Part shown: positions 52,047 through 64,000 of the stretch, one piece after another
How the letters are laid out: each line of letters opens with the position of its first letter
Numbering within the stretch: the first letter of the stretch is position 1
Source: Vicugna vicugna
Lineage: Eukaryota
Assembly: GCA_013265495.1 (NCBI GenBank)
Contig: MU058384.1
Location: 3,953,239 to 4,017,238, forward strand
Direction: 5' to 3'
Length of the DNA: 64,000 nt
Program-made: the position numbers and the translations under genes
Notes under the pieces: model-generated
Seen by the model: only the letters and a program-made list of their open reading frames with translations
Told to the model about the DNA's origin: nothing
Databases searched by the model: none

Positions 52047-54452
52047 AGCACTAAATCTGGGGTTCCACTTCTCCACCCCCTTATCAAAAGAACTGGGAAC
52101 CAGTTCTGGGTTTGACTGGTGAGGTTAGCTTGGAAGGAAGATCGGCTTCATCCAGGGGCTCCTACATGGTCCAGGAAGCAATTTTTTTAAGTTAGGCAAA
52201 GCCCTCAGCACAGCAAGAGGGCTCTGTCTTTCAATGAGAATAGAAATCTTCTGAATTTGGACTTCTTAATATAGAGATTTAAGTGATTTAGTTAGTATAA
52301 TTTCTTTTCTGCTACCTATTTTTAAATTTGATTATGCTTTATTATCAAAGTAGAAAGCATTCTTATCAAATTATTAGAGGCTTTACAGACAGATATTTAG
52401 AGAGTATACACCATTACTAGACTGAGCTTTCTCAGCCCTACAGCACAGGCAGGGCTGAGAAATAAATTTAATAAAGCTGATATTAAATTGAAACTCAGAC
52501 ACTATCAAAGTTGACATTCAGCTGGAATGCTCTACTAGTTATTAAAAATCTGAACTATTTCCATACCAGCTGGTAAATACCCACTTCACCGAGCTGAGCT
52601 TCCCCAGGCGCTGCAGAGCTAGTGACTGGTATCTGCTAGCTCTGTGCCTTACCCCACCAGCATTTACATATTTTGATTATCACACTTGAATACAGTGTCG
52701 CATAGACTGATAAAATGACCGAAGTTATAGGAAACCTGATTACCAAAGATTTCTATCATTGCTGCAACAGACAGAATATTGCCACTGGAAATTTTTACAA
52801 TAAAATGTGTATTTTTTATTATGTTACACTACCTGCTTAACCAGCTTTTTTTCTCAAGGAATAAGAATAGAGAATTTGAAAAAAAGTAAGACGTTAGCTA
52901 TTCTTTGCTAGGAAAATTAGTCCACACATTTTTTTCCCGGAATCTAGATTAGAGGACAGGGTGGTGGACCTAAAGCTCAATTTTTCCCACATGTTCTGTT
53001 TGACCTGAGCAGGGTTTTTTGTTTTGTTGTTTTGTCATTTTGTTTCCTATTTTAATTTGAATTAATTGCCATCATATGAAAAAAATGGAAGATTTCATGT
53101 AACATTAAGGTTTCCAACTTTTAATGAAAAGTCAGGATCTGGCAACTCTTGCCTGATTTCTGTATGGCCCCCATCATCCAGAACTGAATAGTGATCCTGT
53201 TTATGGAGGAACAGGGTGGTGCAAATATGTATGCTGTTTGGTTGCCTCCCTGGGCTGGATGATCTATTATGGGAATTATCAATATCTCATTTCAGTGCTT
53301 CAATAGGATCAGCACTATAGGTTAGTTTCATGAGAATTAATATGTCTTCATGAGCTCATCATCTTAAGATCAGGCCCTTTTAGGTGAAAAAACAAAAAAC
53401 AAAACAGCTAACTAACTAACTCTCCTGTATTAACCTTTACTAAAAAGTTATCTTATGGGAGAGGTCTATTTCTCTCTTCCTCGGGGCATAGTTCTGAATG
53501 TGGTAGAAGTGGAAACACGTTTCTCCTGGTAAAACGTTTCACTCACAGTTTCAGAATTACAAAACAAATCTCTTCAGATTTGCTTTAAACCCAAGTCAAA
53601 GAGGGTTTTAATTTTCTTTATTTGAGGCACATTCTTTGGTTGATGCCTTAAAGACCAACAGAAATAAAGTAATTGCACTTCTTAATGAAGGGGGAAAAAA
53701 GACATGTCATATCAATGATAAACCGTCTCTGCAGTTCTAAGCCAGTCATCCTACAGAGTTGAAGAAAAGGAAGTATTTACCTCTTCTCCCCTTGATCATC
53801 TACTGAAAATACAGTTCTGTTGAAGATTTTAACTTAATCCTAATCACCTTTCCCCACTAATTTCTCTGAATGTATTCTAATTTTAGATTACATTCTGTTG
53901 TTGGTACACATACACACACACACATGGCCATACCACAGTTTGTAATAGCACCTATCCTATTGTGCGTGCTACTGTGTAACTATTACAATAGTTTTTATAA
54001 TAGATATTTTTATTTATGTCTTAATATCAGCAGCTAAGATTTAGTTGGATCATTGAAGACTCTCCCAATAAACAGAAAATCTAGTAAACAATTCACTGAT
54101 TCTTAAATTTACCAGAGCCTTGATTGAAATAGCTACTCTTTTAAAATAAAGTCACATACTTAAAGTACTCGTTGGAGGTTGGTACTTCCTTTCAAATAGG
54201 AGCAGATATTTTCTGTAACAACCTCTAACATCAGATGGCTTCCATTAACTAAAACTTATTTTCTAGGATTTAAATGTCATTTCTTTAAAATATAACACAT
54301 AACATATAAAAATTATTATAAGAACAGTTATTCCAGAGGCCAGAGGACTTGCACCTGCTGCTTTTGGTACAGAACAGAAGTGGCCCTGTCAGGTTTAGAC
54401 AGTTTTAAAGGCTCGTCTAAGTGAGTTGGCAGTGTGTTCTAAAATAGAGATA

Positions 54453-54659
54453 CAGTTCTCCCTCAGTGTTCATGGAGGGTTGGTTCCAGGAGCCGCCACA
54501 GATATCAAAATTCTCAGATGCTCAAGTCCTGTAGCGGGCCCTCCGCATCTGTGGATTCCGCATCCATGGATACCGAAGGCCGACTATATATTTATTGGGA
54601 AATATCCACATATAAGTGGACCCACACAGTTCAAACCTGTGTTGTTCAAGGGTCAACTG
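54453..54659. mobile_element. Complete MER8/Tigger2-derived MITE with TA target duplication
   Basis: ta|cagttctccctc ... gggtcaactg|ta; imperfect terminal inverted repeats; internal gtggacccacacagttcaaacctgtgttgttcaag. Confidence 0.88.
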
Positions 54660-55640
54660 TATATGATCACGTTAGTGATTTCTGTAAGATTTTGCAAGGT
54701 TCTCTCCTGATATGTTTGGAAAGTAACATCTGTATTTTCATGGACCATCACTGGAGGCTAACAGTATAAGCAAAGTCATCAATTTATAATTAGAATGCAT
54801 TTCCTAAGAATGGTCTTGCCAAGCCCCAGTACAACTTGGGACTCTACTTCACTGCACCATTTTAAATTTATTTTCTGGATTCTTCACACACCCACTAGTA
54901 ATTTTCAGCATTATGGTTATATTGGATTTTGGCTTTTCTGTCTTAATTTTATCTTCCTTCAGTTTTACCCTTATCCTCCATCAAAACTTTTATGTTGTTG
55001 CCAAACCAAGGACCTCAAAGAACCTGCTTGCTGACTGGGAAAGTCAAAAGGAAAACCTATACAGAACTTTGCATGAGTCCTCTTTCTTTTTATTATATTT
55101 AATTTCTCCCAATTGTCGAAGTAGCAATTCATGGAGATATAGCAAAATTTAATGGCAACCCTTTCTACCTTTATTTACATGTTTCCAGTCTTGCATTAAG
55201 CTGCCAAAGCTCTGTTGGAGTTGACATTCAGGGTACTTAGGACGCCCTTTGGCTGAGGTGTGTGCCATCAGTACACCGCCTATCCTGGTGAGGGCAGATG
55301 GGTACCACTGGACTCAGAGAAACATGCCAGACCTGTAGTTAAAATGTTTTTTCTGTTTTGTTACCTGTTGACTCCAAAGGAGGATGGTTAGCAAAATATG
55401 TGTCCGAAAAACTAGTATAGAGCCACAAACTTAACATCTTGAAGAAAGGCAACCTTACAGAACACTGGCTCCTTTGAATAGAGTCCCTCCTGCCCTGACT
55501 CTCCAGAAGCTTCCTCCCCAGACAACCTGGTCTCTCTCGAGGTCTCTCTCGAAGGCCTGGCGTGTGGAAGCAATAGGAGTGATGCCTTCCACCCCCTTGC
55601 CCCTGGAAAGAATGTTTCTAACATCTCGCTTATGTGGTGA

Positions 55641-55838
<198 letters not shown>

Positions 55839-58800
55839 TAATCACATCTGATTTTTCCCATTGTGTGCTTCTCCTCCTCCTGGTGGAATGGCTTTGGAAT
55901 TGTGTCTGTTGGTGTTGGTTTCATGGCCCCGGTATTGTTTCCTCTTAGCATCCATCTTAGAGTCTTATTTGGACACCAGACGCCAGGCAGACAAAGGATG
56001 CCCCTCCCTGTGATCAGATGGCTTCAGAGACTTCTGTCTGTTCATAATGTTACCAGAAAATCCTATCCCTTACCCACCTTTCCTCCTGTCCCTGCATCTG
56101 AGCAGATGACCAAGGGTAGAAATAATTTAATATTTAATTCTAATTTGTAGACTTGGGAATAAAGTCAAAGCACAGACCAATTTAAGCATAGCGTTTCATA
56201 GTATGGCTGTGGTCTAGCCGCTCATCCTCCCTGGGCTAGTCTTCTATACGTAATTGAGTACCATTTCAAAACTAAATGTTGGAGAAGGCTAATTACAGTG
56301 TTCTTATTTGTTGCACACTTTGAAAATATATAAAATGTTCCAAGTACTGGTTATTACAGTTAGTTGTAACTCCACTACTTTTTCGAAATGTAAAACGTGC
56401 CTGAATGAACCAACTAGTTTAATGAGAAGTTAGTATAGAGTCTGTATCTAGCTGGGCAGAAAGATAAATATTGGGCTTTTGGCAGCATCTCTCTCATGGT
56501 GAGCTGATTTAGATTTTCCCAAATATCTTTGGGCATAGTTGGTGTATCTACGTAACCAGCCCTCATCTTTGACACATAGGAAATTGCATAGCCTCTTCAT
56601 AAAGCTCCCTTTCAAACAGCTTCGCCTCTGCAAGCCTCTTCATGTTCACTAGCCCTCTTTATAAATAATAATTCTTGGTGGTTTTATAATGTCTTTCATC
56701 TATGGTGCCCAATGAGCTAGTTTCAACGTGAGTTCTCACAATACCCCTGGGAAGCAGTCAAGAAAGCAAGTGCAGGCATTCCCACCACCTGCCTATGGAA
56801 ACCAAGCACATTGACACTTGGAAAATTGATGGACTAGATCTTAAACATGCTTACCCCTCCATCCTCAGCACCCTCAGTGATGCTCTGTCTACAATTGTGC
56901 ATTCAACTAGCTGGACCATAGTGATCTGTATTTTCTGTAAAGTCAGTCTCCTGTCAGCTGTCACATTGCATCTGAGATTTTTCTGGAGGAAAAATTATAG
57001 TTTATTTCAAGATGGTTTATTTTTATGCCCATGAATGTCATCCTTTTTTATGTAAGTCATGAAAGCTTTTCTTTATGTCCAGCTAATTGAAGAAACTGCT
57101 TTTCAGTCCTATTTCATAGGATCGAAATTGTTTATGGCTCTCATACTTCCGAACCTCCACATTGTGTGTGGTTTCATACTAAAGGACTGCCTCACAGCTA
57201 AAAAAAATTGTCTTTCTTTGCTCTTTCTGTCATCACTAATTTTTGTCAATTCTTTCACTCTTCCTCTAGTCTCTTTCAACACCATTTCCTCATTTTCCAT
57301 GCATTCTACTTGCCCATCTTCCCACCTTCCTTCTTCATTGTTATTCTCAATCAAGGTGCTTTTTAATCTGCTAACCGGCTCTTCTTTACTTTGCAACTCC
57401 TCCATCTTCCTTTTCACAGATCAATACATTTTTGTAATTGATTTTAGTGTGAAGTAATACATAGCTTTTACTTGAGTTGCCTTTCTGTTAATACATTCTT
57501 TAGATCATTAATTGCATTGATACAGCGATACAGCTTATGTTTAATGAACCAACTGTTTTTTAATTTCCATTTGAAAACTTTTATGGAAACGTCTCTTACA
57601 TTTATCTTGTCAAAAACACTTTTCCCATGACTTTTATTTTTCCATCTGCTCCCCTTGATTAGTCTTTCTTGTCTTCCCATTTTAGTGTTGTCCCTTAAGT
57701 TCACCTCATAATCCACTTGCCACTGGCAAGAGGATGACCTACATCCAGAGCCAGAGTTATAATAGCAGATCAAAAACAGCCATCCTTACCTCTAGGGTGT
57801 TCAGTGATTGCAAACTCCCAGAACAAGCAATAAGAGCAGTTGAAAATTGGAAATCAGAGTCTCAGATGTCTCACTTGTGGCCACAGCTTTGGGTTGATTA
57901 TTCCTTGCTCATTTTTAAAAATATATTTAAGATACCTGTGATTATTAGAGCCCAGGATGAAATGAGTTAATACATGTAGAAATCTCAGACTAGTACCTGC
58001 ACATAGTTGGCACTCAGTAAATATTATTATTATTCTACTATGTAATTATTCTCTAAGCTGCACCCTAACCACTTGAACTGCATTCTCTGCAGCCATTATT
58101 TCATATAGAAAATCTTGAATGAGTTAAATTAAGGTACGCATGCTACCAAGAGTAGAAAGAAATACCAGTATTGTAGGAGACTTTCTCAAAGACATTTCCA
58201 TAAAAGAAATTTCATGTTTACAAACAACTTTGGGATATAGAGGGCACTCTAGGGGGAAAAAGCAACTACTATCTATTGCTCTTACTATTTTGTCAAATAG
58301 GCAAGATTATTAGAATAATTGATTTAAAAGTTTCAGGTTTTTCACTAGTTACTATTAAGAACAGCAATGAATTCCATGTACTGTAGCCTTAGAAGGAATT
58401 TGTAATGTTTATTTTAGCCAGATGAGGTTTCTTGAACAATTAAATTTGAGGATTTTTGCATAGACTACACTTGGATAGGTTTAAGGATGTTTTCCTCCTT
58501 TCTTTAGTGTTAACTGGTCAGTATGATAAAGAATGAACCAGAGGCATGGTGAGATGGCCTTACATCCAGGATGGTCTCAGGAAATGCTCCATTGATACCC
58601 CCCAAAATTATTACTTGCCAGTAAAGGGAAAAGAAATCATACTTCTGTGCTCCATTCCTTTTTCAGTGTCAGACCTATGGCCTCAGAGCAGGGTTATCTA
58701 ATGTTTCCTGATCCTTTGGCAAGGTTAATGGCCTCTGGCTGTGCCCTGGGCCGTGTGTGCCTCTCTTGGTCATTAATACCACCGAAGTGCCTTGTGCCAG

Positions 58801-60468
58801 GATATTCTTTAAATGCGTTTGATTGGCATTTGGCGTTTGATTGAGGTTTACGTTAATGAACTCTTTCTTCGTCTGGGAAGTGCGATTGCTTTGTTGTGGC
58901 ACTGAAGAAAAGGTTATTTTCAAATAGTTATCCATGTGCTCACAACAAGTCAAGGAAGGAGACGTCTTCCTTCTTCACAACACTAAGGGAAGCTTCCTCC
59001 ACCATTAAGGTCTGAAGCGAAGCTTTATGTCAGCTTGCAAGTAAGACACATACTCTTTTAAGGAGAACTGAGGGTATGCAAAGTGTTTTAGCTTATCCAA
59101 GAAATAGAGTTCTGTTTTCAGATGATAGGGAAAAAAAGAGTTCAGTTTCCAGTCTGTCCACTGCCTTGACCATTCAGTGATAACCAGAAGGTGCTGCAAG
59201 GCATTTAAAGAGAACATAGAAATAAAGATGCAATCTGAAGAACTGTCTATAGATTAAAAAATAATAACAAATATTTTAGCTATAATTCTAAAGTTAAGAT
59301 TACCTTGAATTTGTCCTGTGAACTTTTGAATTTTTAATTTATTAATCCTATTCAGTTGACATAACAGTGTCTTTAAAGGGTTGCTACATTGGCTAGAGTT
59401 GGGTAAAGTAATTTTACAATGTGGTTGAAATACATAGTATTCCCCTCAGTAGTCTTATTTAATTGTCTTATTTTTTGCTGGAAAACAAGATTTCTGGATG
59501 AGATCTGGGCCTTAGAACATTAGTACCCACATATCTGATACCTATGCAGTGTTATATAAGTTTCTTTAAACCCACTGTTGCTCAGAATCACTTGATTAAT
59601 GACAACATTCCTTTGAAGGTGAATAGCCAGAAACTATGTGGTTTTTAAATATATATATATTCCATCTTGAGTAAAACTGTAACACCTATTCATGATTCAA
59701 CTTTATTTTGGATAATTCTAACATATGTATGTTCTATTCACTGTTTTAAATGATGACATTCCATTTCCCCATACGTTCTGCTGCTTGTTATGAACTATCA
59801 AATGCCTTGGCTTTTGGGAAAACCCAGAAACATGCATTTGATTTGCCTTTAGATAGATAAAACATTTGCAGAATTTTTGTTTCGTGGAAATTATTAGTTG
59901 TTCTTGTAACAAGTCTTAGCACCCGATAAGACTTGGTCAAGTAACATTTTAAAAATTCAGTTGCTTTTTTCCCACTGGCTGTTGAATTTTACTCCCGAAA
60001 TAGTTGTAGTAAATCTTGCTTGCCTGCTGCTCCCTTGCTGTCTTTCCACCTTTTGTTCCATCTTAAAGCTAACTAGGAAAAATCTGATTATAAACAATCC
60101 TTATCTTAAAATTATCTGTCACTAATATAGCGTTTTACCAGAACCATCTGTTCATAGGAACATAAGGCCATTGCTTTCTGTAATTATTGGCTGACATCTG
60201 TCTGTATCTTTAGTCAGTATTTAAATAGCCAAATAGCTTATATATTCCAGATTTTTCACTTGGACGTGCCCTCCTTTGGACACGCAGTAAACTGACAGGA
60301 CCGTGAGGAGAGCTGAGTATGATGGTTCTGGACACCTTTAGGTAATAACATCTTCTCCCTACTTTTCTCTCTATCTCCGCTTTGCTCCTCTTCCTGCTCC
60401 TGCTTTTTGGCTTTCCTTCAACTGCTCCTCTGGCACTCTTGTGTGTAAAACAATCACCTGCACCCTAG

Positions 60469-60620
60469 TTATCCCCATTTGTCCTCGTTCAGCATCTTGC
60501 AGCCCCATCAACATCATGCCCTACAAAGCTGCACACTCTAGAAATCCGACGGAGCGACCAAAATTCTTTGTAACAGCGCCCGAGGGCTCCGCGCGAAGGA
60601 GGACTGTTCACGGCACAGCG
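60469..60620 (+). CDS. MAP7: MAP7 coding exon (exon 8 equivalent), phase 1-0; alternative in-frame acceptor at 60493
   Basis: Acceptors ccctag| (60469) and cgttcag| (60493); (VIPICPRS)ASCSPINIMPYKAAHSRNPTERPKFFVTAPEGSARRRTVHGTA; donor GCG|gtgagt. Confidence 0.93.
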
Positions 60621-62174
60621 GTGAGTAGCGGTTGGGAGCAGCCTGGCGAGTCGGTGCTGTTTCTGTGCAGAGTGGACACCGCCCCGAGGTGCAGTGTGTG
60701 GATGCAGGAGCGGGAGCTGGTGACATCCATCCCCCTATCCATCCCACCAGTCTTGAATCTGGCTGGCTGGGCGGTGCTGTCCCCACACTTCCTCTCCATT
60801 TGGGGACTTTTGCTCCCCCGGAAAATTTGAGTTTGAAAAGGAAAACTATTCTTTGTTCAAGCATGTCTGGCGGCAGAACCATTGTGTGGGTGCCTCCTTA
60901 CAAATAAGTACAATGCCAGCACACTTTATCTTTGAAAGTAAGAAAGCCTTTGAAGGGGAAGAGGGCCTGAACTGCTACCTCTGCATTTTATTCTAATCGT
61001 CTCCGGAAGCTGGTTGAACTCTAAATGCAGTTCACTAAAAAAGCAAGAGAAAGCATTTTTGTCTGTCTAGCTAATTCCTGTCATGGTCCAGATCTTAAAA
61101 TGTAGTTACGAAGTATTTTGAAAACACTAGTTAGTCACTAAGTAATTCTTGAAAGGCCATTGGGCTGTGCTATGGCCTCAAAGTTTGCAAGTGAAGAATG
61201 TAATTTGTACTTGTTATTCCTGGCAAGGTGGCTGAGCTAACGCTAATTTTCACCATGCTAGAAGTGCAGTGAGGTCACTTGTATGTCTCCAGGAATCTTT
61301 CTTCTTTGTTTTAAACTGTGTGTTATTTGGTAGCTGTTGAAAGATGTAGACATTGTTCTGTGGTCTTCAGACATTGCACTTCAGTCTTAAAGGACTCCCC
61401 AGTCAACCAGAAGATCTCTTTGCCTCTCTCTCATGGTAATAGCATGGCTCGTTTAATTGAAAAGCTGGAATCTCAATCTTAACTTCCCAGAGCAATTCTG
61501 ATTTATAAAGCTGATGGACACTTAAAAGGATTTTGCTTAGACTTTTGAGGATAATTTAAGGCTTGTGAGAGCTTGATGGCTTTGCCTACAGGCAATTTTC
61601 TTTCAAGCCCTTCAGGCTTTCAGGAATCAACATTTAATTCATGATTGAGTCAGGCCTCCAGCGCTTCAAGCCGAAGGTGAAACTGCCTTTGATGTTTGGG
61701 AGGTGTTCCATAGTTAGCACACTGGTGCTTCAGAGATCCTAGCTGCGGACAAAAAGCAATGGTGAAGCAGAACAGCTTTGGCCCCAAACACTGGATACTT
61801 ACTGGGTAGGGAAAAGCATTTACAAAGGCAAAATATCTTGTTACGGATAAAAACAAAAATGAACACTCCAAGAGGGAAGGATGACAGCTGACCCTTGGCC
61901 ATCAGATTAAATGAGAGGGATTTGTCATCATATGATCCAAAACCTATACTTTCTTACTGGTTTTCTTTTTTTCTTTCTTTCTTTTTTTTTTTTTTCCTCT
62001 GTAGTGCCTTCCTCCTCTTTCTGTATTTGATCTACTGGGATCACAATATTTAGGCAAATACCTACTGCCAGAAAACGACTCACAAATTATTTATACCCCA
62101 GAGCTGCGCTGTGGAATTCAGCGGAGCACTTGAAAAGTGACTATGAGACTGACAGATCAAAGTTTAAATTTAAT

Positions 62175-64000
62175 TTTCTTTTTGAAAATGTTTAATTGTG
62201 ACAAAAAACTTACCAAAATGTACCATCTTAACCATTTTTAAGTGTACAACAGGTATTCACCTTGTTGTGCAGCCAGTCTCTAGAACTTTTAAAATCTAAA
62301 ACTGAAACTCTAGCTATTAAACAACAACTTTTCATTCTTTCCTCCCCCAGCTCCTGGCAACCACCATTCGACTTTCTGTTTCTATGAATTTGACTACCCT
62401 GGATGCCTCATACACATGAAATCATACAGGATTTGTCTTTTTTGTGATTGCCTTATTTCACTTACCGTAATGTCCTTAAGGTCTGTTCTTCATGCTGTAG
62501 CATGTGACAGGATTTCCGTTCTTTACAAGGCTAGTAATACTCCATTGTGTGTGTATCTATACATATACGTGAGTATGTTATGTAAATACACACATGTATA
62601 TATGTATATACACACCACATTTTGTTATTCTGTTCATCTGTTGATGGACATTTGAGTTGCTTCTGCCTTTTGGCTATTGTGACTAGCACTGCCCTGAACA
62701 TGGGTGTACAGATAATCTCTGTACTGAAGATCCTGCCTTCAGTTCTTTTGCATGTATACTCAATTGTTGGGTCTTATGATAATTCTATTTTTAATTTTTG
62801 GGTGACTGCTATAGTGTTTCCCATAGTGATGGCACCATTTTACTTACATTCCAACCAGAAGGGTATAAGGTCTTCCACTTTTTTCACATCTTCACCAACA
62901 CTTTTTTTTTTTTCAGGTTTTTTTGTTTGTTTGATCATTTGTTTTAAAATACTAGCTTAATGCATGTGAGATGATATCTCACTGTGGTTTTGATTTGCAT
63001 TTCTCTAATGGTCAATGATGGTGAGCATCTTTTTATATGTTTAATGGCCATTTGTATATCATCTTTGGAGAAATAGGTAATCCAGTCCTTTGCCCATTTT
63101 TCAATCTTAATCTTTAGTTTTTTAATCATAATCTTTAGTAATTTGATCTTAATATATTATGGATATTAATCCTTTATCAGATATATGATTTGCTAATATT
63201 TTCTCCCATTTTATAGGTTGCCTTCTTACTCTGTTGATTTTATCTTTTGATGCACAGTTTTTAAGTTTGACGTAGTCCCATTTGTCTATTTTTGCTTTTG
63301 TTGCATGTGCTTTTGGTGTTGTATCCAAGAAATCATTACCAAATCTAGTATTATCTGCTTCCCATTTTCTTCTGGGAATTTTATAGTTTTAAGTCTTTTA
63401 GCATTTAGGTCTTTAATCATTTTGAGTTCACTTTTGTATATGGTGTAAGGTAAGGGTTCAGCTACATTGTTTTACATGTGGATATCCAGTTTTCCCATCA
63501 CCATTTGTTGAAAAGACTGTCTTTTCCCCATTAAATGATCTTGGCACCCTTGTCTAGGATCCTTTGACCATATACACAAAGGTTTATTTCTTGATTCTCT
63601 ATTCTATGCCATTGGCCTATATGTCTGTCTTTATGACAGTACCATACTGTTTTGATTACCATAGCTTTGTGATGTATTCTGAGATCAGGGCATATGAGAC
63701 CTCTGACTTTGTTCTTCTTTTTCAAGATTGTTTTGTCCATTCAGAGTCCCTTGAGTTTCCATATAAATTTAGGATGGATTTTTTTCAATTTCTGCAAAAA
63801 ATGACATGGGCTTTTGATAGGGATTGCATTGATTCTGTAGGTTGCTTTGGGTAGTATTAACATCTTAGCAATCAATAAGTCTTCTAGTCCATAAATGTAA
63901 GATGTCTTCCTATTTATTAGTATCTTCTTTAATTTCTTTCAGCAATGCCTTCTAGGTTTCACCATGGAAGTCTTCTACCTCCTTGGTTAAGTTTGTTCCT
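62175..64000 (-). mobile_element. Old L1 (L1MB-like) 3'UTR plus decayed ORF2, continuing past the window end
   Basis: Broken ORF2 peptides IEKWAKD...[15 protein letters not shown] and VIKTVWYCHKDRHIGQWHRIEN; 3'UTR taccatcttaaccatttttaagtgtaca. Confidence 0.93.

Noticed and set aside
61960..62135. Strong pyrimidine tract and acceptor (ctgtag, 62004) followed by about 42 open codons
   Set aside because: The peptide does not resemble the next MAP7 exon, there is no clear donor, and the T-tract looks like a simple repeat.

Overview
Mammalian genomic DNA, most likely camelid (alpaca/camel), judged from tRNA-derived Vic-1-like SINEs and an artiodactyl-type L1. The whole window lies inside the MAP7 (ensconsin/E-MAP-115) gene on the + strand. 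It holds about 27 kb of the upstream intron, seven recognisable coding exons (numbered 2-8 by analogy to human from memory) with consistent GT-AG sites and phases, and part of the next intron. The rest is intronic sequence rich in L1, L2, MIR, LTR and DNA-transposon relics, with one 35-nt N gap. I see no prokaryotic-type system or wholly new gene family. The strongest observations are: (1) an 87-nt in-frame candidate cassette exon; (2) a 116-bp insertion copying the exon-6 3' end and its donor, bounded by CATCTG microhomologies, which may create a poison exon; (3) a second chimeric templated patch built from two nearby donors; (4) an exon-8 tandem acceptor with a long AG-free zone; (5) nested L1s with both target-site duplications (TSDs) intact; (6) a fossil AP-endonuclease LINE domain. 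Repeat family names come from recall of consensus sequences, not from a database search.
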